DNA from: an uncultured Candidatus Sumerlaeota bacterium
GTDB lineage: Bacteria; Sumerlaeota; Sumerlaeia; UBA8349
DNA: 56,913 nucleotides
NCBI GenBank assembly: GCA_964462565.1
Contig: CAYWYC010000002.1
Span: forward strand, 1-56,913
Reading direction: 5' to 3'
Numbering within the stretch: position 1 is the stretch's first letter; each line of letters starts with the position of its first letter. The notes below the pieces were generated by a model that was not told where the DNA came from, ran no database searches, and saw only the letters and a list, made by a program, of their open reading frames with translations. Position numbers and translations under genes: made by a program. This document shows, in pieces, positions 20,096 through 29,381 of this stretch.

Positions 20096-20408
20096 GGGTG
20101 CATGACATAAAAGTGGGTTTCAAATAGAATTTTCTTAAGGCCCGAAGTTTTTTTCTTCCGGCCAGTTCTGGTTTCGGGCTTTTTTTGTAGAGGACTTTCA
20201 GCCCTTTTTTATTAAATTTGTCTGAACCCAGGGCGATGCCCCATAAGCGCTAACTTGTTGCTGATGCACGTGCGATGGAGTCTTGCGCGGAAAGAAAAAG
20301 ACCGGATGGATCGCAATATATCACACGCCTTTGGCCTCATGCCGTCAATTCCGATGGTTCGGGCCTTATGAGGGTTTTATCTGAAACCCATTTTCATGTC
20401 GTGCACCC
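20096..20408. mobile_element. MITE/REPIN-like non-coding element, 313 bp, with 51-bp imperfect terminal inverted repeats
   Basis: 20096-20146 matches the reverse complement of 20358-20408 at 42/51 positions without gaps. There is no credible ORF inside and no clear target-site duplication. Confidence 0.65.
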
Positions 20409-20719
20409 CCTGCAGTGAAATTGGAAAAAACGATTGACATTATTGTCATATTTGAGCATTGTATCATCGGGTTTGATGGTTATTGCAGGTAAATCTGGCT
20501 TTGAACCAATATTGCTTTCTTTGGAAGGGAACTGGCATTTGTATGCTTGCTGGTGGCTTTGAAAAAAGCCTTTCCCCTGCCTGTTTCTCTATTTATTGGA
20601 TTCATTGCTCATTCGTAGGTTCGGGTTAATCTTTCTGCGCTGCGGAATTTATATGGATTCGTTTGTTTTCCAAAACAATTGCAGCTATTCAGGGACGAAG
20701 TGGGCTATCCGGAGAAATT

Positions 20720-23236
20720 ATGGTGAGTGAGTATCCGTCGCAGATTGAAGTAAAAAACGATCAACAGCCTCCGCTCTTTGTCCTGGTTATCGATGACGAT
20801 GAGGGGTTTCTCGAGAGCCTGCGGGCTCTTATTCTGGACGAAGGCATGCACTGTCTGGGGGCTTCCAACTGCGATGCGAGCCGGAGCCTGATCGAAGAGA
20901 ATGAAATCGACGTCATTTTGCTCGACTATCAGATAATGGGTAATGAGGACCTGGCTTTTCTGGGTGAAATCAGCGAAAAGTATCCCCATATCCCGATTAT
21001 CCTGATCACCGGCTATCCTTCCATGGAAACGGCTATCGAGTCCTTTCAATATCAGGTATATGACTATCTGACCAAACCATTCGATTGTGCCCGCCTCATC
21101 CAGCGCTTGTGTGAAGCAGGAGAGAAAAAACGGCTGCAGGATGCGCGACGGGAAATTGGCCTGCGGGAGCAGTATCTGGACGCGATTAAAAGGGCTTCAC
21201 AGTCGCTCCTGCCGGCGCATGAGGTGCTACCGTTTGAGGACTTTCTGGCATGTCTGGGGCGTGGTTTCAAAGCGAGACGCATCCATACGCTGCAGAACCA
21301 TTGGTCCCTGGAAGGGGCGCGTCTTTTCAGTGCGGTGGCCGAATGGACCAAGGCGGGTATCGAGCCGGTAACAAATGCGCATTATCTGCATAACATGCCT
21401 TATTTCAAGGGCTTGGAGCGTTGGGAAAGAGAACTCGCCGCAGGACGGCCTCTTCAGGATAAACGGGGAAACATGCCCGAAGGTGAGGCCGAGTTTCTCA
21501 AGCAGCTCGGCATAGAATCCATCTTGCTGATTCCACTTCTGGTGGATGTGAATTTCGAGGGATTCCTGGCTTTTGAGCCGGAAGATCCGGAGCATGTATG
21601 GAGTAACATGCAGATCGAATTTCTCACCATGGCGGCAAACGACCTGAGCCTGGCGATTCGGCGCTATCGGGCCGAACAGGCCCTGCGCGAAAGCAAGGAA
21701 CGTTTTCGCGCCATAGCCGACTACAGCCACGACTGGGAAAGCTGGGTCGGGCCGGATGGACGCCTGATCTGGGTGAATTCCGCCGTCAAGCGCCTTACCG
21801 GCTATTCTCCGGAAGAATGCCTGGATATGCACGACTATCCCATGCCCATGGTTCCTCCGGAAGACAAAGACAAGATGTGGCGCCTTTTCCGAAATTGTCT
21901 TGAGGAAAAAAACGTGGGAAATGATAAGTGCCTGTCCATGGTGCGGAAAGATGGCAGGGGAATTCATGTATCCATGTCCTGGCATCCCATTTATAACCAA
22001 TTTCAGCGTTATCTCGGACAAAGGCTGAGCATTCGCGATATCAGCGAACGCAAACGCATGGAGGAAGAACGCGAAGAACTGCTGGATCGACTTCAAAAGG
22101 CCCAAAAGATGGAAAGCCTTTCCATGATGGCGAGCGGCATTGCCCACGATTTCAATAACCTGCTGATGGTGGTCATTGGAAACGCGGAGCTTGCCCTGAT
22201 GGATATTGATAAAGATCATTTTCTGGCAAAGCCCATTGAAGAAATGGGAAAGGCTGCCCAGAAGGCCGCCGAACTCAGCCAGAAAATGCTGGTTTTTTCC
22301 GGGCATGGCAAATACCACTTTAAAAAGTGGGGAGCGAAAGAACTGCTTTATGAAATCAAGCCTGAACTCGATGAAGTCGTGGGCAAAGAAGTAGAACTGG
22401 AATATCAGTTTGATGAACAAATGCCGAACATCAACGCGGACCTGGCCCATATTCAGCAAATGATGATGTCGGTGATCAGAAACTCCCGCGAAGCCATTAC
22501 CCACATGCGAGGGCGGATCGTAGTCCGACTCTATGGCCAGAAGATTTCCGAGCACGATCGGAAGTCTATTATCGGAGATGATTTTGAGCCGGGAGAATAT
22601 ATCTGTATTGAAGTATCGGACAATGGCTCCGGCATGGACGAAAAGACACTGGCGAAGGCTTTCGATCCCTTCTTCACCACCCGGTTTACGGGACGGGGAT
22701 TGGGTTTACCGGCGGTTCTGGGAATCGCAAAAGCCCATCATGGCGGTGTGGAGATAAGCAGTCAGCCGGATATAGGCACTGTATGCAAGATATACTTGCC
22801 TCAATACGCTAGCCAAGAGACGAAAAAGACTGTTGCCCCGGCTGCAATAGCCAATTGGAAGATGTCCGGCACGATTCTCTTTGCCGATGACCAGGAACAA
22901 CTACGAACGATGTCGCAACGCAGCTTGAGCCGCTATGGTTTTAACCTGATCCTGGCCGAAAATGGCGCTCAGGCCCTGCATCTTTACCGCGAAAATAAAG
23001 AACATTTGTGCTGTATCATTCTGGACCAGACGATGCCCGAGGTAACCGGAGCGGAGGCACTGGAAGAAATCCGGAAGGAAGACCGCGAGGTTCCCATTAT
23101 CCTGTGCAGCGGCTATTCAGAAAAGGAAATCGAAAAACTGCTGCCCCGTGACCAGATTCAGGGCTTCCTGCAAAAACCCTTCAGCATGGCCGAACTGACT
23201 CGTACCCTTTATGATATCCTTGAAGATAAAAAATAA
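20720..23236 (+). CDS. Hybrid histidine kinase (REC-GAF-PAS-HisKA-HATPase-REC)
   Basis: N-terminal receiver (VLVIDDD..LLDYQ..KP), [40 protein letters not shown] and a C-terminal receiver. ATG at 20720 follows GGAGA. Confidence 0.9.
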   Translation: MVSEYPSQIEVKNDQQPPLFVLVIDDDEGFLESLRALILDEGMHCLGASNCDASRSLIEENEIDVILLDYQIMGNEDLAFLGEISEKYPHIPIILITGYPSMETAIESFQYQVYDYLTKPFDCARLIQRLCEAGEKKRLQDARREIGLREQYLDAIKRASQSLLPAHEVLPFEDFLACLGRGFKARRIHTLQNHWSLEGARLFSAVAEWTKAGIEPVTNAHYLHNMPYFKGLERWERELAAGRPLQDKRGNMPEGEAEFLKQLGIESILLIPLLVDVNFEGFLAFEPEDPEHVWSNMQIEFLTMAANDLSLAIRRYRAEQALRESKERFRAIADYSHDWESWVGPDGRLIWVNSAVKRLTGYSPEECLDMHDYPMPMVPPEDKDKMWRLFRNCLEEKNVGNDKCLSMVRKDGRGIHVSMSWHPIYNQFQRYLGQRLSIRDISERKRMEEEREELLDRLQKAQKMESLSMMASGIAHDFNNLLMVVIGNAELALMDIDKDHFLAKPIEEMGKAAQKAAELSQKMLVFSGHGKYHFKKWGAKELLYEIKPELDEVVGKEVELEYQFDEQMPNINADLAHIQQMMMSVIRNSREAITHMRGRIVVRLYGQKISEHDRKSIIGDDFEPGEYICIEVSDNGSGMDEKTLAKAFDPFFTTRFTGRGLGLPAVLGIAKAHHGGVEISSQPDIGTVCKIYLPQYASQETKKTVAPAAIANWKMSGTILFADDQEQLRTMSQRSLSRYGFNLILAENGAQALHLYRENKEHLCCIILDQTMPEVTGAEALEEIRKEDREVPIILCSGYSEKEIEKLLPRDQIQGFLQKPFSMAELTRTLYDILEDKK

Positions 23237-23263
23237 TGCCGTCAGGCTTTGGGCTTGACGGCA
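23237..23263 (-). terminator. Intrinsic terminator after lpdA, possibly bidirectional
   Basis: Hairpin TGCCGTCAGGC-N5-GCTTGACGGCA, followed on the minus strand by TTATTTTTT. Confidence 0.65.
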
Positions 23264-23292
23264 GTATATGGGCTGGATTGGCTTGATTCCGG

Positions 23293-24702
23293 TCAGACAC
23301 TGACCCGGTGCCTGCGCAGTGGCGGCAGGTGCAGGGGAGCGAAAGAGGCGACTTCCGTGGCTTCCTTGATGGCTTCGCTCATTGTGGGATGGGCAAAGAC
23401 CATTTGTTCAATATCGTGGGCTGTGGCTTTCTGGTGCAGCAGCACACCGGCGGCTGCGATGAATTCCGTAGCCCCGTGTCCGAGCGCGTGGATACCCACA
23501 ATGGCGTCGGTCTCACGGTTGCGGATAACCTTGACGAATCCCTCGGGATCGCCCCAGGCCTGGGCCTTGCCAAGGGCCGTGAAGGGAAATGTGCCCATGG
23601 CGATGGGAATGCCGCGATCTCGGGCCTGGTCTTCCGTCTGGCCGACTCCGGCGATTTCCGGAAATGTATAGACGCACCATGGAACGGGCGCGGTCGATTC
23701 GCGGTCAGCGCCCAGGGCGTTTTCCACGGCTACGATCGCCATGGCCGAAGCCGCGTGGGCCAGCAGAATGCGACCGTTTACGTCGCCAATGGCATAATGC
23801 CCCACAACGGTGGTTTCCATGCGGTCATTCACCGGAATAAAGCCGCGTTCCACGTCGATTCCCAACTTGTCCAGAGCCAGTTCTTCCGTGTTCGGGCGGC
23901 GGCCCACCGAAACCAGCATCCTGCTCGCCTCAATGCTGTCGCCGTTGGAAAGGGTGGCCTTGACCCCCGCATCCGTCTCTTCCACTTTTTCCACCTGCGT
24001 CTCCAAAAGGCAGTCTATCTTTCGCTTTTTGAACACTTTAAGCAGTGATTTGGCCAGATCGCCATCCATGCCCGTGATCAACTGGGGGAGCATCTCGACG
24101 ATCGTGACCTTGACGCCAAACTCCGCCAGCAGGCAGGCGAATTCGCAACCGATAACGCCGCCGCCGACAATCAGCAGGCTTTCGGGCAGTTCGGTCCAGT
24201 CCAGGGCTTCGTCGCTGGTGACGACCTTGTCGCTCACGGGCCAGCCGGGAATGCGGGCCGGGCGGCTGCCGGTAGCGATGATGACCTTGTCGGCCTCCAA
24301 GGTGAGATCTTCCTTGCCGCCGGAAACGGCTATCTTGCCGGGACCCTCAAAGTGGGCCGTACCTTCAATAAAATCAATCTCACGCTTGCCAAAAAGAAAG
24401 TGCAATCCCTTCCGTTGGCCGTCGAGGACCTGGTTCTTGCGCTTGAGCAGCGTGCTCCAGTCAACCGTCGCTTCACCCGAAACCTGAATGCCCAGGATTC
24501 CGGCGCGGTGGCGGATATCATGAAGCAATTCCGCTCCGGCCAGAAAGGCCTTCGTCGGGATGCATCCACGGTTCAGACAGGTGCCGCCGGGCTTGTCTTT
24601 TTCAATCAGAGCCACCTTCGCGCCCATTTCCGCGGCCTTCAGCGCGGCCACATAGCCGCCGGGGCCGGATCCGATTACTGCGATGTCGTATGCCTTGCTC
24701 AT
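23293..24702 (-). CDS. lpdA: Dihydrolipoyl dehydrogenase (E3)
   Basis: GSGPGGY, GGTCLNRGCIPTK redox disulfide, GGGVIGCE, LAHAA and HPTMSE. Confidence 0.95.
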   Translation of the reverse strand: MSKAYDIAVIGSGPGGYVAALKAAEMGAKVALIEKDKPGGTCLNRGCIPTKAFLAGAELLHDIRHRAGILGIQVSGEATVDWSTLLKRKNQVLDGQRKGLHFLFGKREIDFIEGTAHFEGPGKIAVSGGKEDLTLEADKVIIATGSRPARIPGWPVSDKVVTSDEALDWTELPESLLIVGGGVIGCEFACLLAEFGVKVTIVEMLPQLITGMDGDLAKSLLKVFKKRKIDCLLETQVEKVEETDAGVKATLSNGDSIEASRMLVSVGRRPNTEELALDKLGIDVERGFIPVNDRMETTVVGHYAIGDVNGRILLAHAASAMAIVAVENALGADRESTAPVPWCVYTFPEIAGVGQTEDQARDRGIPIAMGTFPFTALGKAQAWGDPEGFVKVIRNRETDAIVGIHALGHGATEFIAAAGVLLHQKATAHDIEQMVFAHPTMSEAIKEATEVASFAPLHLPPLRRHRVSV

Positions 24703-26282
24703 CAGGCTAAAGCCTCCATTTCCAATACTTCCGGACTTTCCAGGATTTTCTTCAATTCACCCAGGAACTGGGCCGCCACCATGCCGTCGATCACGCGGTG
24801 ATCGCTGGAAAGCCACATGCTCATTTCCTTGGCCGGAACCATGGCGCCGGGTACGATTTTAACAGTGTCCTTGACCTTTCCAACGGCCAGAATGGCTGCT
24901 TCCGGGGGATTGATGATGGCCGTAAATTCTTCAATCTGAGTCATCCCCAGGTTGCTGATGGTAAAGGCGCCCTTGCCGGCGTTCACCATCTTGCCGCTGC
25001 GGGCCTTGCTGATGGCGTCCTTGCTGGCTCCGGCAAGGTGTTGCAAGCTCATGCGATCCACGTCCGTAATCACCGGCACACGCAGTCCATCATCCACGGC
25101 CACGGCCATGCCGATGTTCGCGCCGGGAAACTGGAGCAGTTCATTGGCATGTACCTGACAACGGAACGGGGGATATTTCATCATCGTGCGCGCCACTGCC
25201 AGCAGGAGCAGGTCATTGATCGATGCCTTGCAGACCAGCTTCTGTCGGGCATAAACCTCAAGCAGCTTGCCGGCGTCGATGGTCAGCTTCATGTAAAAGT
25301 GGGGGGCCGTGTTGACTGAGTTGGTCAGGTTCTTGGCGATTGCCTTGCGCATTCCCGTCATCACAACACGGGTGGCTGCTTCCGTGCGTGGTGTGAAGAC
25401 CGGAGCGCTTGCTGCCGTCGGAGCCGCCTGGATTCCCTGGAGATCGTCCGTGATGATGCGACCATGAGCGCCGCTTCCAGCGGAGATGGATGCCGGGTCT
25501 ATGCCTTTTTCGGCGGCCAGACGTCGGGCGGCGGGGGAAATCTTCTGGCGACCATTTCCATCGCTCGCGGCAGCCGAAGGAGCTGTTTGGGCGGCTGGGG
25601 CCGGTTTGGGTGCTTCCTGCACTTTGGCCATGGGGGCTTCTTCGTCGGCAGGCTCTTCTTCTGATTCTGATTGACTTGCGCCGTATTCCTTCAACCAGGC
25701 GTCAAGGGTGTCGGCAGAGTCGGCGATGTATGCGACAGGCTCCATAACGGGTACCGTATCATCGGCCTGCGCCACGATGCGGCAAAGAGGACCCTCAAAT
25801 TCCGATTCCACTTCAAGCGTTGCCTTGTCCGTTTCCATCTCGAAAAGGATGTCGCCTTTCTTGATGGTGTCGCCTTCCTTCACTTTCCATTCCAGGATCG
25901 TGCCTTCTTCCATGTCGTTACCCGCCTTGGGCATTACGATCATCTGCACCGCTTCCTGGGCTACCGAAGCCGCTGATTTCTTGTCCGCCATTTTATCATT
26001 CCCTTCTTTTTGTGCCGTTTTGCTGCTTGTTTTTGCCGTTTCGGAGTCACTTGAAAGGTCACCAATCAAGTCGCCTTTTTTCAGCGTTTTGCCCTTGTCT
26101 GCCGCGATGGATTCCAGCACGCCGTCCTGGCTGGCTTCAATCTCCACGATGCCCGTCTCGATCTCCACCTCCAGCAAGACCTCGCCTACCTCGACGGTAT
26201 CGCCCGGCTGCTTCAGCCAGCGTCTAACGGTGGCATCTGCCGCCTTTCGCGGCAAATCCGGCATTTTAATCGGATTCGTCAT
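24702..26282 (-). CDS. Dihydrolipoamide acyltransferase (E2) with two lipoyl-like domains
   Basis: Second lipoyl domain has ETDKA; E3-binding domain ISPAARRLA; catalytic motifs TISNLG, AIINPPE and DHRVIDG. Probable start is MTNPIKMP at 26282. Confidence 0.93.
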   Translation of the reverse strand: MTNPIKMPDLPRKAADATVRRWLKQPGDTVEVGEVLLEVEIETGIVEIEASQDGVLESIAADKGKTLKKGDLIGDLSSDSETAKTSSKTAQKEGNDKMADKKSAASVAQEAVQMIVMPKAGNDMEEGTILEWKVKEGDTIKKGDILFEMETDKATLEVESEFEGPLCRIVAQADDTVPVMEPVAYIADSADTLDAWLKEYGASQSESEEEPADEEAPMAKVQEAPKPAPAAQTAPSAAASDGNGRQKISPAARRLAAEKGIDPASISAGSGAHGRIITDDLQGIQAAPTAASAPVFTPRTEAATRVVMTGMRKAIAKNLTNSVNTAPHFYMKLTIDAGKLLEVYARQKLVCKASINDLLLLAVARTMMKYPPFRCQVHANELLQFPGANIGMAVAVDDGLRVPVITDVDRMSLQHLAGASKDAISKARSGKMVNAGKGAFTISNLGMTQIEEFTAIINPPEAAILAVGKVKDTVKIVPGAMVPAKEMSMWLSSDHRVIDGMVAAQFLGELKKILESPEVLEMEALA

Positions 26283-26303
26283 ATATTTTTCCTCTCTTTG
26301 AAC

Positions 26304-26431
26304 TCGTGTATTTCTTGCATAATATCTTATCCCTCGCACTCGCAATAGCAATCGCACTCGCATTTAGAATAACCACGAAATACACGAAACACACGAAAAA
26401 TAGAAAAGCGATTGCGAGTGCGCGTGCGATT
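26304..26431. repeat. Composite intergenic repeat: CGCACT/CGCAAT hexamer arms flanking copy 2 of the 33-bp ACACGAAA repeat
   Basis: Hexamer arm at 26334-26362, inverted arm at 26408-26431, core at 26368-26400. 26304-26314 is the reverse complement of 26377-26387. Confidence 0.85.
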
Positions 26432-27621
26432 CAATTTTTCTGATCCATCACGCAATTTATAACTTCTCTATCTTCAGTATTCTTGTCATCCAGTCCGCAA
26501 ATGGATTTCAGGATAAAGTCTTTCCCCTTCGGATAGATATCATCCACAAAATCCTGATCAGCGGGATGCAATTTCCCATTTTCATCACCTTTGCGAAATT
26601 CCATGCCGGCGCAAATGGCATCGGCGATTTTGTCAAAGAGCAGGCCATGTTTGGCGCAGAGAAGCGCCGCGCCTACCAGGCGGTCGTTGCGCGCCAGCTT
26701 GCGCTGGATGTCGCGACCGACCCGATGAATCGTATCACCAAGCGCGCGATTTCGAAAGCGTGAAATCAGGTCGTCCACATGATTTTCGAGCGTCTCAGGC
26801 GTGAACTCTTCAGGATATTCGCGCAAAAGAGCCGCCGCCGACTGCATCATGCATTCCTTCACCTTTTTTGCTGTAAGTTCTTTTTCCAGAACCTCCCAGA
26901 TGTATTCCTGTCCGGGGTCGTCCTGATAGCCCCAGTAGGCCGTGGCGGAATGGCCGAGATTGTGAATCCACAATTTGCGGTCCACATAGGCCTTGATATT
27001 TTCCATGGGCGCCAGGCCATCCACATCAGGCACAAGGTTCTTGAAGCCGCGCTTGTCGAGAATCAGGCGGTTATAGGGTTCCGCAAAGACCCACAGGGGA
27101 TCCTTTTCCAAATCTTCTTGACGCATAATCGGCACCATCTTGCCGATGCTGGTTTCGATAAGCCCCGCCATGTCATCCAGGGGGAAATCGGGCGGCAGCA
27201 TGCTGCTCAATTCCTCCCGAAAGAACTGCGCGGCAGAGTGCAGGTTTTCGGCAATAATGATATCCAGCGGCCGGAGACCGTGGCGTTCATGACGCAACTG
27301 GAGCCCCTTTGCCACGACCGGGAGCACCGACCCAAGGGCGCGCTGTCCGACCGACGTGGCAGCCAGATCGGCATCGGCCAGCACCTTGGCCACGGCTTCG
27401 GTATTTCTCCCATCAATGGCTCTTACGTTCTCTATTTTCAATGTTTCATCATGCCCGTCAGGATGCTTGATGACCACATCATAGGCGTGGCGTTCGTTCA
27501 TGGCGTTCAGGATGCGTTCATCGATATCGACAAAGACCACCTCATAGCCGCTGCGCGCGAAAAGTTGCCCGATGAAGGACCTTCCGATATTACCCGCGCC
27601 AAACTGAACCAGTGTTTTCAT
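26431..27621 (-). CDS. Mannitol-1-phosphate 5-dehydrogenase-family polyol(-phosphate) dehydrogenase (MtlD-like)
   Basis: QFGAGNIGRSFIG, TSVG, IIIAEN, RKLWIHNLGHS, RFRNRALGDTIHRVGR and KLARNDRL. Confidence 0.85.
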   Translation of the reverse strand: MKTLVQFGAGNIGRSFIGQLFARSGYEVVFVDIDERILNAMNERHAYDVVIKHPDGHDETLKIENVRAIDGRNTEAVAKVLADADLAATSVGQRALGSVLPVVAKGLQLRHERHGLRPLDIIIAENLHSAAQFFREELSSMLPPDFPLDDMAGLIETSIGKMVPIMRQEDLEKDPLWVFAEPYNRLILDKRGFKNLVPDVDGLAPMENIKAYVDRKLWIHNLGHSATAYWGYQDDPGQEYIWEVLEKELTAKKVKECMMQSAAALLREYPEEFTPETLENHVDDLISRFRNRALGDTIHRVGRDIQRKLARNDRLVGAALLCAKHGLLFDKIADAICAGMEFRKGDENGKLHPADQDFVDDIYPKGKDFILKSICGLDDKNTEDREVINCVMDQKN

Positions 27622-27642
27622 AACTGCTCTTTCTGGAGTGAT

Positions 27643-28317
27643 TTACATATATTTCGGATAATCGCCCACGAGAAGATGCATGGGGGCTTCGTCTTCTTCG
27701 ATTTCAGGAAAGCGGCCGATTGCCTCGTAGAAACGATTGTCGGTGGTATCGTCATTGACCTGGCTGACTTCTCCGGTCAGGACCCATCCTTCGCCGGGCT
27801 TGGCGTAGAAGCGGTGATAGAGCCCCTGGTAGAGGCAGATGCTTTCGCCGGGAGCCAGTTCGACCTGTCCACCGGGCTGCACCTCATGCAAAACCCCGTC
27901 GATCTTGACCTGAACCGGTGCGCTGCTGAAGCGCTCGTTTTCATCGGAATTATAGAGGTCGATCACCAGTGTACCGCCGCCGCGATTGATGATGTCTTCC
28001 ATTTTCTTCCAGTGAAAGTGCCAGGGCGTCTCCTGATCCTCGCGGACGATCATGATTTTTTCGGCATATACTTTGCTGTCTTTATTGGGGTTGCCGTTTC
28101 GAATCGTGAAAAGGAGGAGGCCCTTCTTCTCGAAATCGTCGGAACCGAAATCCGTAATATCCCAGCCCAGCATGTTGTCTCGAATCTCGGCGCAGGCCTC
28201 GGCTTTGCCCTTCCATTGTTCCGGGCTCCAAAATGCCCAGGGTGGCAGCAGAAAATGGTGTTCCTGAAAAAAATCCTTGGCCTGCTGCATTAAAGCGTTG
28301 ATTTCAGAGCGTTTCAT
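27643..28317 (-). CDS. D-lyxose/D-mannose-family cupin sugar isomerase
   Basis: MKRSEIN, LGWDITDFG, LLLFTIRNG, YAEKIM, HFHWKKMEDIINRGGG, PGESI, GEVSQVNDD and FPEIEEDE; TAAGGAG RBS before the ATG at 28317. Confidence 0.9.
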   Translation of the reverse strand: MKRSEINALMQQAKDFFQEHHFLLPPWAFWSPEQWKGKAEACAEIRDNMLGWDITDFGSDDFEKKGLLLFTIRNGNPNKDSKVYAEKIMIVREDQETPWHFHWKKMEDIINRGGGTLVIDLYNSDENERFSSAPVQVKIDGVLHEVQPGGQVELAPGESICLYQGLYHRFYAKPGEGWVLTGEVSQVNDDTTDNRFYEAIGRFPEIEEDEAPMHLLVGDYPKYM

Positions 28318-28373
28318 GGTGGGATGTCTCCTTAGTGAAGGATGATTTTCATCAAAAACGAAAGGAAAACTCA

Positions 28374-28395
28374 CCTGATCTGAACATAGATCAGG
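28374..28395. promoter_or_regulatory. Palindromic operator candidate in the divergent promoter region
   Basis: CCTGATCT-N6-AGATCAGG between the isomerase gene and the DeoR gene. Confidence 0.45.
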
Positions 28396-28515
28396 CAATT
28401 CCTGCGCAACCTTACAACAACACTGTGCATCATTCAAGCATCTTTTTTCATTTTATTGTTGATTTCCTGTTTCAGCGCAAGCATAATCCATCCGGCCATG
28501 AGGGGCCCGAATGCC

Positions 28516-29322
28516 ATGCGCAACGGCGAAAACATCACCAAAATACAACGCAAGGACCAGATCCTCAAGGCGCTTCTGGAGAAGGGCAATGTGGAAGTGC
28601 GGCAAATATCGAACGCCTTTCAGGTGAGTGAGGCCACGATCCGGCGCGATTTGCGTCAGATGGCCGACGAGGGCCTGCTGGAATTGGTTTATGGCGGGGC
28701 GACCCTTCCGCGCAAGGGGAATTATCCGATTGCTGCTCGCAAGACGCGCAATGTTGAGGCCAAACGCCTTATCGGACGTCTGGCGGCGCAACTGGTCCAG
28801 CCGGGGGACTCCATTTTTATCGATTCCGGCACCACCTGCGCCTGCATGGCTCCCTATCTGATCGACAAGCAGGACGTGACAGTCATCACCAATTCCAATG
28901 CCGTTGCCGCCGACATCGGCTCGCACAGTAATCTGAATGTATTGCAGTTAGGCGGCAAATTTCGTCACGAACGGATGGACTCGGTGGGGCCTTTTGCCCA
29001 GATGGTGATGGAGCAGCTGAGTGGCTTTCGCGCCTTTGTCGGGGCTGATGGCCTGGACCTGCGCATCGGCCTGACCTGCACGGATATCGACACGGCACAC
29101 CTTTATCGGGCCGTCATCCAGCATGCTTCAGAGAGCATTCTGCTGGCCGACCATACGAAATTTTCCGCGCCGGCCCTGTACAAAATCATCGAGATCGACG
29201 CCATTGATCGCCTCGTCAGCGACCGCCGTCCTCCGGAGGAATGGGCCGGACTTTTGAATGACAAGGGGATCGAAATGATCGCCCCGACCACCGAAGAAAG
29301 CACCCCGAACGAAGGTTCATAA
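28516..29322 (+). CDS. DeoR/GlpR-family transcriptional regulator
   Basis: VSEATIRRDL HTH, YGGA, IFIDSGTT, VITNS, LGGK and LADHTKF. Confidence 0.95.
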   Translation: MRNGENITKIQRKDQILKALLEKGNVEVRQISNAFQVSEATIRRDLRQMADEGLLELVYGGATLPRKGNYPIAARKTRNVEAKRLIGRLAAQLVQPGDSIFIDSGTTCACMAPYLIDKQDVTVITNSNAVAADIGSHSNLNVLQLGGKFRHERMDSVGPFAQMVMEQLSGFRAFVGADGLDLRIGLTCTDIDTAHLYRAVIQHASESILLADHTKFSAPALYKIIEIDAIDRLVSDRRPPEEWAGLLNDKGIEMIAPTTEESTPNEGS

Positions 29323-29381
29323 ACAACTTTAAGCGAACAGGCTTTATTTCAATAAAACCAACACAGAAAAGGACGTGAAAA

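Noticed and set aside
26283-26363. N-terminal extensions in the ORF track (E2 from 26363; also isomerase 28437, DeoR 28456, CotH 46703 and kinase 20663)
   Set aside because: Downstream starts have a better RBS and/or match where family homology begins. The E2 extension is translated repeat sequence.
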